Assembly: GCA_964016885.1 (NCBI GenBank)
Contig: OZ024740.1
Span: forward strand, 41,354,001 to 41,418,000
Direction: 5' to 3'
DNA length: 64,000 bases
Source: Eledone cirrhosa
Lineage: Eukaryota
This document shows, piece by piece, positions 29,350-43,231 of the stretch (within the stretch, counting starts at the first letter, position 1; each line of letters starts with the position of its first letter). The position numbers and the translations under genes were made by a program. The notes below the pieces were generated by a model. It did not search any database. It had not been told where the DNA came from and was given only the letters and a program-made list of their open reading frames with translations.

Positions 29350-30339
29350 TTGCAGTTCCTCTTTTGTGGTAACGAATATTTTGGCTGACAGTTGTCAACT
29401 CCACTTTGATAGTAATTAATATATAATCAATTGGTCTCTGTTATCTCCAAACATTTTTCTATTTTATTTTTCAAAATTTATTGGTGCGGAGAGTTTTATT
29501 TATTTTCATTTGATAAATATCATCAGATAACCGTTAGTGTTTTTTGTTTTTTAAATCTATGATAAAATATTTTTTTAATTGTTTTACGTTTGCTTACTTC
29601 TTTAGTATCATCAAAGTATTTGTTATATAAATAACCAGGTGTTTATTTGCAAAAATGATGGCTCATTACTCTGCTGTAAATATTCAACACCGATATCGTT
29701 TATTACTCTCAATATCAACTCAGTGGATTTCTTATCAACGTTGGTCAAAGAGAAAAGATTCTTTCGTTCGCTCGTTATATATTTTTACATCATGTTGGAA
29801 AAATTCTAGGAATCCCACTTCTAATCAGACTTATGAGGAAAAGCGTTCTACTCCTGGCTATCCCACCATGTTGATATCGGAGACGACATTGGTCAATGTA
29901 TTCTTATTTATCTAAGAAAATAGGGATTGATTTAAAGGAGATTTGACTGTTATTTATAGTAGGGTGAGTTGCTACAAAGAGGCTTTTTCGCTCTTTACCT
30001 TATTTTTATATCATGCTGGAGAAATTCTGGTGATCCCATTTCTACACACAAACTATGAAAGACAACGTAGATCTGGTATATAAGAATGATATTATATTAT
30101 TGAAATTAAATTCGAGATTACTGAACAGAAGAAGAGAGAAACTGGACTAAGATGGTATGATGGTAGAGTCAAGAGTGAAGGTTTAAGTGTTTTACTTAAC
30201 AAACGGAACACGGCGTTCCATTGGATTGATTACAATCTTAGCAACAACTTTGTAGCCTCGCTGGGCTGTGTATGTGGTTGAGTACGTGTGCATAAGTGTG
30301 ACATCCAAACGAGTATCTTCCACATCCAACAATCTTATC

Positions 30340-30650
30340 CTCCACTTTTTGGTCCCGGTCGACAGGCTGGCGAAGACATTGCTCCGGAGGACAGCGAGGG
30401 AGATACGCTGGAACAGCCACTCCACATCACGGGGCTAGCACCTTCGGGCAGCCAACTACGTTCCGATAGTAGTGAGCAAGGATGTGGTCCAGGGTCAGAG
30501 AACACCAGAAGTCACCACTGCTACATATCAGAGAGCTGTCAATACAGTTTTTTCTCTTCAGCCTGGCGGGCAGCAGAGCATGGCCTGGTAGCCGAACGCA
30601 CCAGGTTGCTACTAGAGAAGGTGTCACAACATGTAGCATGGCATGTAATA
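30340..30650 (-). pseudogene. C-terminal fragment of a CRE-like (restriction-like endonuclease) non-LTR element
   Basis: Minus-strand HATCCDTFSSSNL..SAARQAEEKK and WLFQRISLAVLRSN resemble the CRE D.T...A..AE..K and LFQRLS.A.QRGN motifs. Confidence 0.55.
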
Positions 30651-31415
30651 AATCATAATTACTATTTATTAAAGGCATTAAGATTTAGGCTGCCAAGAGA
30701 GGAGTATACTCTTGGTGAGTTGAGGTGGTGAAATTGTTAGTTGAGACAATCTCACATGTGATCTTAATGTCATTGGAAAACTTATGAATATTACAACTTT
30801 GCTTCATTTTCACCGCTAAAACACGGAGCTTCGTGCTTACAAAAACAGATAACAATTACCATGCATTTGAGTCAATAAAGACATAGAAAATAAAGAATAA
30901 AAACAAACATAAAAAACAACAGAACAGGGATATGCTATACATGAAACTGATATTGCACAGGATTGGAAGTATGGTGGATTGGCAGAATTGGTAGAGTGTC
31001 GGATAAAATACCATTGTAGTATCTTTCCTGCCTCTTTATATTCTGAGTTAAAATCTCGCTAAATCTCGCTAAATCTCATCATAAAATCTCATCATTCCAG
31101 AGTTGATAAAACAAAGTACCAGTGAAGTACTAGGGTTGATTAGATGAACTTTGTACTTTCTGCCAAATATGCTGTGCCTGTGCCTAGTAATCGATATTAC
31201 ACAGGATCGGAAAAGCAGTGGAATGCAAAAAGAAGTTGTGAGTTAAAATCACGCTGGAGCTAACTTGTCCTTTCATCGATTCAGAGTCAATCTAACCAAT
31301 TCCCACAAAATTGATGGTTTTCTGCTTATGTTACAAAGTGTTATATAAAATAAAAATGAAACTTATCTGAAACTATTGAAGTAATAGTATAATAATATAT
31401 GAAATATATGAAATA

Positions 31416-31764
31416 CTAGGCCACCCGTGACTCGTTCGGTCACGTTCACTTCAAAATATAAAAATAAAATCATGTTTACTTAAAAATAATTACTTAAAAA
31501 TAATTTACTTTTAAATACTTAAAATATACAGACATGTATATAATGTGAAAGGAAACTGGAAGGCCGATATATATGCGTGTCTGTATGTATATATATAAAT
31601 GTGTGTGTTTGTATACATATACATATATATATATATGTATGTGTGTATATATATATATATATGTGTGGGTGTCTGTGATCTATATACACTGATCATAGAC
31701 ACACACACACACACATATATATATACAAACACGCACTCACATATATATATATACACAACACCAC

Positions 31765-31818
<54 letters not shown>

Positions 31819-32065
31819 CCATTCTCCTTCTCTGTCTCCTCTCCCTCTCTCTATGTCTCTCTTTCTCTCTCTCTCTCTCTGTTTATGAAGGTAACCGGAA
31901 AAACTCCATATCTCGGGCCCGTGGTCCGATTTATGCGAAACTTGTTTTATTCCCATTTCAGGGTCAAATCCTTTCAAAGTATTTTCCCATGATGCGCCCT
32001 TTTGGCTGTATTACATTACAGATAAGCAAGCAAGCAAGCAATCACATAATTTTAGTAATATATAG
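31416..32065 (+). mobile_element. Helitron-like non-autonomous element with internal microsatellites
   Basis: 5' tactag..acccgtgac hairpin; 3' ttttagtaatatatag; fragments at 22705 and 25990. Classification rests on the termini only. Confidence 0.5.
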
Positions 32066-32903
32066 TATGTATTGTATGTATGGACTCGTAACTCCCGGTG
32101 GAGCCGTAGTGGTGCCATAGTAGCATATGGCATTTCTTGGGTATTTTAAGCCCGGCGGAGTCCATCTCCTCTCCAAGTTTGAACACAGTTGATTTCTTCC
32201 AGTGAAGAATAGAGAGTGAAAGAGAGAAGACGCGAGAAAGAGATATAGAGGGAGAATTGACCTCAGTACTGAACTGGTACATTTTTTATTGACCTCGAAA
32301 GGAATGAAAGGCAAAGTTGACCTCGACAGAATTTGACCTCAGAAAGCAAGCAGACGGAACGATACCACAAATTAGTCTATCTAACGTTCTAACAACTTTT
32401 CTAATTTGTCACCTCTACATCAAATATAAAGGGTGGAATAACTGAAAAAACAAACAAACAGCAACATGAAATTCTAACAAATATTTGTTCTATGAAAAAG
32501 GTTGCCTAGATGTCTGCAATGAACAGTTTTCATATGTTTCCAGTTTATATTCTCAAGGAAACTGTTCAAAAGTATTTTCTGCTTCCAGCAGATATATATA
32601 TGGAATAACAATAGAATTAGACAGGCTTGGAGCTTGTTATAAATCAAATATGCAATGAATCATCAAGACGGCAAACTGAAGATATCTGAGTAGCAACACA
32701 ATATATTGAGTATCAGACTTCAACACACAAAACCTGCTTGACGTCAGCTTAATCTTTAAGATTGATCTTCGATTTATTTTCCACAACTAATTACTTATAC
32801 AGAACAACGCAATAACACAAATGGATAGGAATCATACATGTGTGCTCACATACATATGCATCTATGATAATTTTTTTCGCTCTGTATCTATCTACCCCCC
32901 CCC

Positions 32904-32975
<72 letters not shown>

Positions 32976-34329
32976 ATGTTTTGTCGTCTGAAAATATATA
33001 CAAATTAAAACTAGCCTGAAACACGTCACTTAATATACACGCCTGCTAAATAGTATATGTATATACCGGCACATATATACATATATCAAGATATATACAT
33101 ATATGAAGATATTGAACTCGTATGTTCCTACACATGCATATTTATATACATACCCATGCACACAAACACATTTAGCCAATACAATGGCAGTACTTTAGCC
33201 AATACAATGGCAATACTTTCGCTATATATGATTCCATTTGTCCCCCAACACGCACAAATGATGGCAGTTGCCACCACAACTCCCCCTCTCTCTCTATAGA
33301 CACACAAAAACGAATAAAACATTCCACGCAATACCAATGTGTTAATTACTGCAAAATAACTCGTCTCTTGGAAACTGTCGTCTTTTAAGATAAGCAACCA
33401 TAATATTTCAATACATGTTTTGCAATTTGCATTCAACATCACTTCCCCTGCTACTAACAAACAGTCTTATCCATTCTAGATTGTTTGTATAGTTGTTCAG
33501 CTAAATCTGTTTGGGATCTCTTCTACTCGACTCTATATTATTTTATCGACCCTATAAAAGATGAATGTTTCTTTTTTTTATTGTTAAAAAATAGCTTTGA
33601 ATTCTTTTACTTGTATACTTCATTGCACCATCTATATATAAATTTCTGCGATTCTGTCACATGTAAAGAGAAAGGAGTAGTTTAACTACCTCATACTACT
33701 CCTCTCTCTTTACGTTTGCTTCCTGCGTGAATGTATGTGTGTGTGTGTAAAAGGAAAGAAGGGGATGGTGAAAAAGCTACGCTGTGTGTGAGTGTATATG
33801 TACGTGTATTTGTGTAAATGTATGTGTGTATGCTTGTGTGAATATATGTGTGTGTTTGTGTGAATCTATGTGTGTGTTTGTGTGAATGTATGTCTGTCTG
33901 TGAGTGTGTATTTTGTAAGTGTGTCTGTGTTTGCGCGTTTATATTTATATACTCATACATATAAATGTATGCATATGCACATACACTCACATATACACAT
34001 ACGCGTCAGCGTGTTGAAAAGAATTCTAGTTTAGAAAATTTCCTTGAGTCTCATATTTTTTCTCTAACTTTCTGGTGGTTGAGTCGATAAAGATATTAAT
34101 CTTCAAGCTGGAGAGTGGAGAGTTCGAGTTCGTCATTCTCTCACTGGTGTTGCACTTCCCCCATTAAGAAAACAACTTAAAGTTTGATATTTCAGTAAGT
34201 TAGCAGTGACTAAGTATTATAACCACAAATCGTCGAATGCGGAAGGGAACTTCACACAAATTACACGTTTCTTTAGCTGAACATACAAACTTCACCACTT
34301 ATGTTCCCGGTAGAGTCTCCCGTAGACAG

Positions 34330-34600
34330 ATTGGAATGTACTCCAGGGTATTTTTCTTAAGCTAACCTGAAATCTGGTATAAACAACACATATCTCACAT
34401 CATCTGTCTCTGAATTCATCTTTCTCGGTGACTTTAATGTCCACGATTCCTTCTTGGTAAACACATTCCTTCCACACTGCTGGTGCACAAGCCGAACTAT
34501 GAGTTAATATGTACTTTCTGGAAAATCTACTAAAATTACTTATTCCAATCTCTGACCGACACACAGACACTTCAAACACCCTGAATATATATTTTCGACT
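34330..34600 (+). pseudogene. Highly decayed APE-endonuclease fragment of a LINE
   Basis: EFIFLGDFNVH at ~34411-34445 (GDFN motif). Confidence 0.45.
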
Positions 34601-36288
34601 CAAAACCTTTATCAAGCTATTACCATCTCGGTACATATTCAATCCATGGATTCCTGCATTATCAAATCTAACATCACATATTCGGATGCTACACAATACG
34701 ACCACTTGCCTAACTCTACAACACTCTAAGTTAGTTATTAGCTCCAGTATCACCAGTTTTACACAAATTACCCCTGGCAGTAAATGTGATTCACCCCTGA
34801 ATCCATCCTTCTAGTTATGTTCCTTCATATTCATCAAACAAATAAATTCACAACTCAAGTTACTCTCTCCAAGTACTCAATACAGATATAGAACACAATC
34901 TACAACACCTAGAAAAACTCACTTTCACCAATATGGCGGCATTCAGAAAGAAAATATATCTTCGTTCATCGTACAGTTGCTGTAAGCTCTTTTATCTCTC
35001 AAATTGTAGTTGGTCTTTTCCATTATTCTCAATGAATGTACTTCAAAGCACATGTCTATCTTTGCCAAACTCTTCAACCTCTCTCATCCTGCTGAATCAT
35101 AGGTTTGGTCTGATCCCGATCAAAGATGTTTCAGTAGTGATTCGGAAGCAAGAAAAGCAATATCAACCTTGACCGGATTCACTCACAGAAGTGTAATTGC
35201 GTGCAAATAAACGCCACAAGACATTTTGTCTGATCTGACGCTCTACCGATTTCTATCAATTAAAGGGAAGAGAAGTGGCTTCAGTAAAGTATTAACAAAA
35301 TCAGGCCGCAGTTATGATTTGTCAGTATTTACCACAAAACTACTTATAAATGAAGACAAAGCGACAATCAGTAATTGGAAAATAAACACCATTATTGTAA
35401 TAGCATTGCAACCAACTGAAAGTCGGATTACATTTATAGGAAAGTAAACAGACTTTACTGTTTTTTACTAATACAATCTCTTTTTGATGGTCAGTTTGAG
35501 TGCCTACAGAATGGTTCATAGTCACTCTTTTATTCTCATCACGGTGCTGTCCATGGCCAAATTGTCCAAGCCATTTATCAGCCAATTTATCAGTTGGTAA
35601 TCATTGTCACAGATACTTCTATAAATTATAGGTAGAATGAAAAAAAAACTAAAAAAGAAAAAGAAAAAGATATCAATTCTGTCGTTTATTTACTCGTTTC
35701 TCCTAAATACCATGTTTTCAAATATGAATTGTATGCGTTATCTTTGATACCAGACAACTACTAAGGAAATATTGTCTCAACCGAAAGTAATGTTAAGAAA
35801 ATTGCCAAGTAATAGCCAATGTATATTTTGATGAATGAGGACTTCTTTTAGTATTACCACCCAGCCCACAAATAATATTTCACATTCTATACCTTTATAA
35901 TAAGAGAAATATGTGTGTGCAGATGTGTATTTTTATATTTTATACTTGGCAGTGACTCAACATTTCCATTAGAAGCAAGAACGTGAAAAATTGATTTCAG
36001 CTGACAACCACAATTACATCGTCCAGCTTTTTTTGCATTTGAGATGAAACTGAACCCCAGGATCTCAGATTAAGTTTCTAAGTTGGAAACGGAGAGTTAA
36101 TGTTATATATTTGGAAGATTATAATATCCTGCTGTTCCAGAAAGTAGAATACGTAAACAGCTGTATAGATGTTTCCTTATTACCTGTATAATTAGTCATT
36201 AAAAAGGGGGGCTGCGGGATAGAGAATACTAAGTTCTGTCGGTCTTTACGAAACACACATTATGCTACTTCAATAAGGTTTAGCTAAT

Positions 36289-36431
36289 TACTAGCAGAAT
36301 GGCCCGGCGTTACTCGGGATTTGCTCTAGAGTTCTTATATATTTGATATATATTTATCCTTATGATAAATCTCATGAAATAAATACGTTTGTTTATATTT
36401 TGTTATTGTGTATGCAAAAATATCTGTACAC

Positions 36432-36487
<56 letters not shown>

Positions 36488-36677
36488 CGAAGGAAATGTG
36501 GTAAGGAACCAGATGGACCATAACCCACCAAAGTACTCAATACTTAGGGTAGTAGAGTGGGTAATTGGAACAAGTAGGACCCCGACGGCTGAGCTCAAGC
36601 CGTTTCGACGGCTAATTCTGGAGTCCAGAATTAGTCGTCGAAACGGCTTGAGCTCAGCCGTCAGGGTCCTACTTGTT

Positions 36678-36754
<77 letters not shown>

Positions 36755-37020
36755 AAATAACAGATTAAAGTTTAAGCAAAGAATCGGTGCTTTCATTCTT
36801 AACGGGATCTTTTGAAACTAAAAAAATCAATCTGTGAACGCAGAAGTATATATTTCGAAAAACGTTACACACTATATATATACATACACACACACATATA
36901 GCGTCATAATATCGTAATGCAGACGGCCAGACATACAGACATATATTATAAGGGTGCAACGTTATATCTATCTATCTATCTATCTATCTAAAAAGAAAGA
37001 CTAAGAATTATATAGAGAGA
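36289..37020 (+). mobile_element. Helitron-like element (tactagcag..cccggcgttactcgg start) hosting a family A insert
   Basis: Terminal motif similarity only; 3' boundary uncertain. Confidence 0.4.
36486..36680. mobile_element. Fold-back pLTR insert, family A copy 2
   Basis: Homologous to 21440-21633; centre ctgga-g-tccag; (TA)n on both sides; tail hairpin at 36533-36558. Confidence 0.88.
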
Positions 37021-37589
37021 TCGCTAAATCGCCTAATGCGGTCCCTAGGGATTATCAATTCGCTAGAGAGTTGAATGCTTTAATAATTGTTTCTACTTTT
37101 GCCACAAGGACAGCAATTATCCCAGCGCATTACTGGTACGTTATTCTATCGATCCCGTAAGGATGAAAGACAAAGTTAACCTCGGCGGGGAATTGAATGC
37201 TTTAATAATACTGAAACATGAACTACGTTGTCTCCCTTGCCGAAATAATTGAAATTGACTAATATAGTCTTTCCCTCACCGCCGAGTTATTTCTAATTCT
37301 GATTAAAGTATGTTAACACTAACTTAACTATTTTTTAGAGCAGGGGTGGGAGTGGAGGGAGAGTGTCTACAGTTATTTAATAAACTCATATAAACACTTT
37401 ACACCAGTAACGGTGTCTGTATTATTGCAACATTTTGTAAATGTACTTCAATTGGGAGGAGAAAAAAAATGTTAAAAAAAAAAATGAACGTCGAAGAAAA
37501 GGAAGTTATCGAAGAAAAACTAGAAAATACGTAAGTAAAAAAAAATAATGAAACGGAAAAGAAAATGGAAAACAAAAGTAAAAGTAAAG

Positions 37590-37655
37590 AAAGAGAAGAA
37601 GAAGAAGAAGAAGAAGAAGAAGAAGAAGAAGAAGAAGAAGAAGAAGAAGAAGATG
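37590..37655. repeat. (GAA)n microsatellite in a purine-rich tract
   Basis: Direct reading. Confidence 0.9.
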
Positions 37656-37924
37656 AACAGGTTGAACAAATTAAATGAAGTGAGAAGGTAAAGAAAGAAG
37701 AGGAAATACAAAAATGACAGAAAAGAATAACAAAAGAAACGAAAATAGAGATGGAAGTAAAATTGAACGAAACAAATGACGGATAATATTTATTCAATGG
37801 TGATGATTTAAATTGATCTCATTTTGTGATTAATTTTGTTAAAATTATAACCAAATCATGTTAACTTGTTATCGCTGGCGGCTAATTTATTTGAATGCAT
37901 CAGTAGTTAGGTTGCAGATTTTAG

Positions 37925-37953
<29 letters not shown>

Positions 37954-37958
<5 letters not shown>

Positions 37959-38580
37959 TAAATATCTTTAAGTCGTTTGGAAGCCTCGACAATGCAAATG
38001 GGTAAATCTCCGGGTAACAAGGTCCGGTGGTGGAGAGAGAGATGTAAGTGGGTGTACGTTGAGATGCGTGGTGTGTATAAGATGTGTGAGATGTGTAGAA
38101 TGAAGGGAAGAGTATAAAGGATAAAAATAAAAATAACAACACAAGAGAGAGTTACCTTGGGAGAGATTTAATAGTCCCTATAGGTTCGCTGTTTGTTGTT
38201 TTGAATATTCAAAACAACAAACAGCAAAAGACGCGTTCCGGACTTGTCCGACAGACAACCTTTTCCCCCACCCCGGAAAAAAACCCCAGTTGATGGATGT
38301 GAATCCGAAACATATAGGGACTATTAAATCTCTCCCAAGGTAACTCTCTCTTGTGTTGTTATTTTTATTTTTATCCTTTATACTCTTCCCTTCATTCTAC
38401 ACATCTCACACATCTTATACACACCATGCATCTCAACGTACACCCACTTACATCTCTCTCTCCACCACCGGACCTTGTTACCCGGAGATTTACCCATTTG
38501 CATTGTCGAGGCTTCCAAACAACTTAAAGATATTTACTTATTGTTCCACAATGCTTCAAGCAAACTTCAATACTAGAAAG
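37954..38580. mobile_element. Fold-back pLTR insert family E: arms 37954-38182 / 38313-38541, inner hairpin 38185-38226
   Basis: Duplicated ORF text MLLFLFLSFILF on both strands. Degenerate hammerhead ccc-CAGTTGA-T-GGAT gtga ATCC-GAAA-CATA-TA-ggg at ~38284-38319. Confidence 0.85.
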
Positions 38581-38599
38581 TGAGGTTTTTTTTTACAAA

Positions 38600-38931
38600 A
38601 TGAAAAATAACCGAGGTGTCCTACACGAGTGAAAGTATAAAGAAAAAGAGATGAAATCGAAAATGCAACTGGAGTCTTATTTTTTTTAAAAATATATATA
38701 TTTATTTGGTTCCTTTACCGGTTTCGCAGTTCTTCTGCTTTTCAAAAGGTGAGTTGAGATGGAGGGTCTGTGGTTTTTCTCACATCTGATGTGAGAAAAA
38801 CCACAGACCCTCCATCTCAACTCACCTTTTGAAAAGCAGAAGAACTGCGAAACCGGTAAAGGAACCAAATAAATATATATATTTAAAAAAAAAATAAGAC
38901 TCCAGTTGCATTTTCGATTTCATCTCTTTTT

Positions 38932-38938
<7 letters not shown>
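38600..38938. mobile_element. Fold-back pLTR insert, ~150-bp arms centred on 38787
   Basis: Centre catc-t-gatg; arms 38636-38786 / 38788-38938; right end runs into (TA)n. Confidence 0.88.
38825..38862 (+). ncRNA. Compact 38-nt type-I hammerhead ribozyme, U3-A8 variant
   Basis: CCTT-TTGAAAA-GCAG-aagaa-CTGC-GAAA-CCGG-TA-AAGG; stems I and II fully paired; palindromic stem III. Confidence 0.8.
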
Positions 38939-38986
<48 letters not shown>

Positions 38987-38988
<2 letters not shown>

Positions 38989-39531
38989 GTAGGAGGTGAG
39001 TTTTATTGTAGTACAATAAAGCAATGCAGATATCGGATAAGAAGCACTCTACAGTTTGTAGGACTGGAGTATACATAATATATAAGATCAAAAGATGGTT
39101 AAAGGAGTTCCATGTATTTTATTATGCGCATTTCAAAAACAAACATCATCATGCAATAATATTTGTGTTTTCATCAGATAAAACAGGAGGACATGATATG
39201 AAGGCTAAAAAACACTTGTGGATAGTGCAATTTTAAATCAACATATGTTGAAAACATCAAGAGAGAGTTACCTTGGGAGAGATTTAATAGTCCCTATATA
39301 TTTCGGATTCACATCCATCAACTGGGTTTTTTTCCGGGGTGGGGGAAAAGGTTGTCTGTCGGACAAGTCCGGAACGCGTCTTTCGCTGTTTGTTGTTTTG
39401 AATATTCAAAACAACAAACAGCGAAAGACGCGTTCCGGACTTGATGAAAACACAAATATTATTGCATGATGATGTTTGTTTTTGAAATGCGCATAATAAA
39501 ATACATGGAACTCCTTTAACCATCTTTTGAT

Positions 39532-39540
<9 letters not shown>
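38987..39540. mobile_element. Chimeric fold-back insert: tail, arms ~39080-39176 / 39442-39538, captured family E segment 39258-39443
   Basis: Intact hammerhead on minus at ~39115-39186 (gttttat-CTGATGA-AAA..TTT-GAAA-TGCGCA-TA-ataaaat). Tail hairpin at 39043-39070. Confidence 0.82.
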
Positions 39541-39573
<33 letters not shown>

Positions 39574-39574
39574 T

Positions 39575-39752
39575 TCCATGTATCAAAGATGTGGGTTCGA
39601 CTCCCATGTACATCAATACTAATCTTTTTCCATTTATCTGAGGGTTCTAAACCCCATTATCAGACTAACATTTCTTTAGTCAAAAAAATACGGTGAAAGC
39701 TATTCTATTTCTAATTTAAAACCTGCTCACTGTTTCAAAACATACTTACTTG
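39575..39752 (+). mobile_element. Family B copy (tRNA T-arm + body + tail) between (TA)n tracts
   Basis: caaagatgtgggttcgactcccatgtac...tttcaaaacatacttac matches 21745-22085. Confidence 0.8.
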
Positions 39753-39772
39753 TCATATATATATATATATAT

Positions 39773-39962
39773 AACAAAGGAATTGTGGTAAGGAACCAGA
39801 TGTACCATAACGCACCAGAGTACTCAATACTTAGGGTAGTAGAGTGGGAAATAGGAAAAAGTATGACCCCGACGGCAGAGCTCAAGCCGTTTCGACGGCT
39901 ATTTCAGTCCAGAAATACCGTCGAAACGGCTTGAGCTCTGCCGTCGGGGTCATACTTTTTCC

Positions 39963-39963
<1 letters not shown>
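39773..39963. mobile_element. Fold-back pLTR insert, family A copy 3
   Basis: Homologous to 21440-21633; tail hairpin at 39820-39845. Confidence 0.88.
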
Positions 39964-40030
<67 letters not shown>

Positions 40031-40344
40031 CCTAAATGTATGTGTATGTAATTATTTTGATCAATACACAACATATCGATCGTATTGTCTGGCAACAGGA
40101 GTGATAAAAGAGCTCATCGTTAGGTTCTTAAGCCAGCTCAACTAAATCAAAATTAAAAAAAGAATTTTAGGAGCAGAAATATTTTTAGCATTCCTGTTCG
40201 CCCGCCCGTATTCCTCTGCTTAAGCGACAAATACATATACGTTTACAGTTGATGTTGAATGCATGGCCGATGGTGGAACTATGTGTGTTTAGTTAAAAAG
40301 CGTCTACCGATGATGGATCTATTGTTTTTATGGTGTCTGCTGAT

Positions 40345-40725
40345 TAATAATGTTTTTACATTTGGAACAAGGCCAGCAATTATCGCAGTACATTACTGGT
40401 ACTTTATTTTATCGACTCCGTAAGGAAGAAAGGCAAAGTTAACCTCGGTGGATTTTAACTCAGAACGCAACGGACCATAACTCTATGCTGCAAAGCATAG
40501 GGTATGCCCTCTACTGATACTGCCAAACTACCGCCTTCTAATTAATAATTGTTTCTACTTTTGGCTGAAGGCCAGCAATTATCCCAGTACATTACTGGTA
40601 CTTTATTTTATCGACCCCGTAAGGATGAAAGGCAAATTTAACTTCGGCGGGATTTGAACTCAGACCGTAAAGGGACGTAACTATGCTAGAAAGCATGGCA
40701 TCCAACCCTCTACCGATACTGCTGG
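40345..40725 (-). mobile_element. Two tandem tRNA-derived SINEs (main family)
   Basis: Reverse complement of the 46833-47017 sequence, twice. Confidence 0.85.
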
Positions 40726-41472
40726 TAATTTGCATTATCTCTTGTCGACGCTGAAACAACTGTATAAACTTCAGGAATCGGTTTTTACCATCTTCATGTA
40801 AGCTCATTTGCTTACTTTTTCTTTATTTTGTCATTGTACATATATAATATACGCATGGTCATGGATATTTTTTGTCTAGGCAATGTTTATCGATGTATTA
40901 CTGTATTTTTGCTCCTAAGAAAACTTTGTGTAGTGAGTGGTGGGTTTGTGTGTGTGTATAGTTTGTCGAAGCTGAAACTTCACAAATAGTGACTTTACAA
41001 ATAGTTTCCCGTTTTACCGATAAAAGAAATGACTCAACCTGTCTTATATTTCTGTACGGAATAAAACCCGTTAAATATGTGTGCACGTTAACAAAATAAT
41101 ATGTTGAAATATATTTGGAATGTGTGACATTTACATTACTCTTTTTATGTAAAAGATCCTCAATAATACACACAAGATATACACCACATTACAAGGTCCC
41201 TCGCATTAAATATTGTTCACGTTTCGGATCTTTAGGAAATGTTTAGAAAAAGATTTTTAAAGAAAGGTTTAAGATTTACAAAATTTCATTACATAGCAGG
41301 TAATCCACATACGTTTCGTATTTTTTGAGTGTTCAGCTTTTGATCTTTTAGGAAACTTTTGGAAGTGGTTTACATCTCTCTCTCTCTCTCTGTATATATA
41401 TATATATATATACAGAGAGAGAGAGATTACGCGTACGCTCACACGCACACACATATATGTATATATATATAT

Positions 41473-42829
41473 GCAAAAGTTTTATTTAAGATTGTTGGGT
41501 TACAACGAGTAAATATTTTATAACTGATATAAAAGCACTCAACAGTTTCTGGAGTAGGTTTACGATATTAAACAAATGGAAACTATATTTATAAAACCAT
41601 ATTTATTTCGTTATATATATTTCTGGGATATCATATTAAAAATATGGTATGCCTTCCTCAGACAAAATACAATACATAAGCTGTTTTATAAATAATTAAT
41701 GACATACCTTGTAATAATGCAACTTCCATTTAAAAAGTTGATTTGGTAGTGAAACTGTTATGACAGTTATATAGAAAGAAAAACGAAGATGAGAAGAAGA
41801 AGATGAAGAGATGCATGTAAATAAAATAATAAAAAAAAAAAAAAGAAGATGAAGAGATGTATGTAAAGAAAAACAACGGAGCGAGATAGAGAGACAAGGA
41901 GATATGAGAAAGAGAAATACATTGAGGAGGTGAAAAAAAAAATATAGTAGGCTGCTTTTGGACAGATGATCATCGTATATGTGAGAGGTTAAGGGAAGGG
42001 ATACAGTTAAACTAGTGTATAGGAGAAAAAGAAAGAAAGATGATATATTTAAAATATATTAAAAATATATTTTATGTCTCATCCATTTGAATTATCAATT
42101 TTTATGAATTAGGTATTATAATGTAAATATCAGTATTCATGAATGAGACACATATCCATAATGTGTGAAAAAATGACCACATGCTCAGTTTAAGAATTCT
42201 TAAACTGAGCATGTGGTCATTTTTTCACACATTATGGATATGTGTCTCATTCATGAATACTGATATTTACATTATAACACCTAATTCATAAAAATTGATA
42301 ATTCAAATGGATGAGACATAAAATATATTTTTAATATATTTTAAATATATCATCTTTCTTTCTTTTTCTCCTATACACTAGTTTAACTGTATCCCTTCCC
42401 TTAACCTCTCACATATACGATGATCATCTGTCCAAAAGCAGCCTACTATATTTTTTTTTTCACCTCCTCAATGTATTTCTCTTTCTCATATCTCCTTGTC
42501 TCTCTATCTCGCTCCGTTGTTTTTCTTTACATACATCTCTTCATCTTCTTTTTTTTTTTTTTATTATTTTATTTACATGCATCTCTTCATCTTCTTCTTC
42601 TCATCTTCGTTTTTCTTTCTATATAACTGTCATAACAGTTTCACTACCAAATCAACTTTTTAAATGGAAGTTGCATTATTACAAGGTATGTCACTAATTA
42701 TTTATAAAACAGCTTATGTATTGTATTTTGTCTGAGGAAGGCATACCATATTTTTAATATGATATCCCAGAAATATATATAACGAAATAAATATGGTTTT
42801 ATAAATATAGTTTCCATTTGTTTAATATC

Positions 42830-42832
<3 letters not shown>
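41473..42832. mobile_element. Family D fold-back insert: 1272-bp spacerless palindrome 41561-42832 plus tail 41473-41560
   Basis: Centre GAA|TTC at 42196/42197; 636-bp arms with very few mismatches. Hammerhead CTGAGGA..GAAATATATATA at ~42724-42788. Tail hairpin at 41534-41555. Confidence 0.93.
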
Positions 42833-42878
<46 letters not shown>

Positions 42879-43231
42879 TATAAAAGGTAAACAGAAATAA
42901 CAACACAATCGGTACAGTATATGGAAGGAATATATTAGGTTAACGCTTGAAATATGTATATATATATATATACATATATGTGTGTGCGTGTGAGCGTACG
43001 CGTAATCACGTGCTGTTATGAAAATATACATATAACCATTTCAAGTGTGTAATGGCTTACGGATAAAATTTAAAAATCAATATTTGTAAATTCTCGAGCA
43101 TGTAAATCAAAATACAAGGAAGCGAAGAAGTAAATATTGATGTGTGATGTCATACATTAATGTCAACATAGAGAAGATAGTAAAAATAAGGAGGGCTGTA
43201 AATAGAAAAACTGAAATATCCATTATATCAA

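Noticed and set aside
37399-37797. Ser/Phe-rich ORFs or an acidic-protein exon
   Set aside because: Low-complexity (GAA)n tract with stops in the purine-strand frames and no splice evidence.
41561-42832. Palindromes as amplification or fold-back read artefacts
   Set aside because: Arms carry mismatches, stop at the same family-specific end at different loci, have one-sided tails and return to unique flanks. Raw-read confirmation is still advisable.
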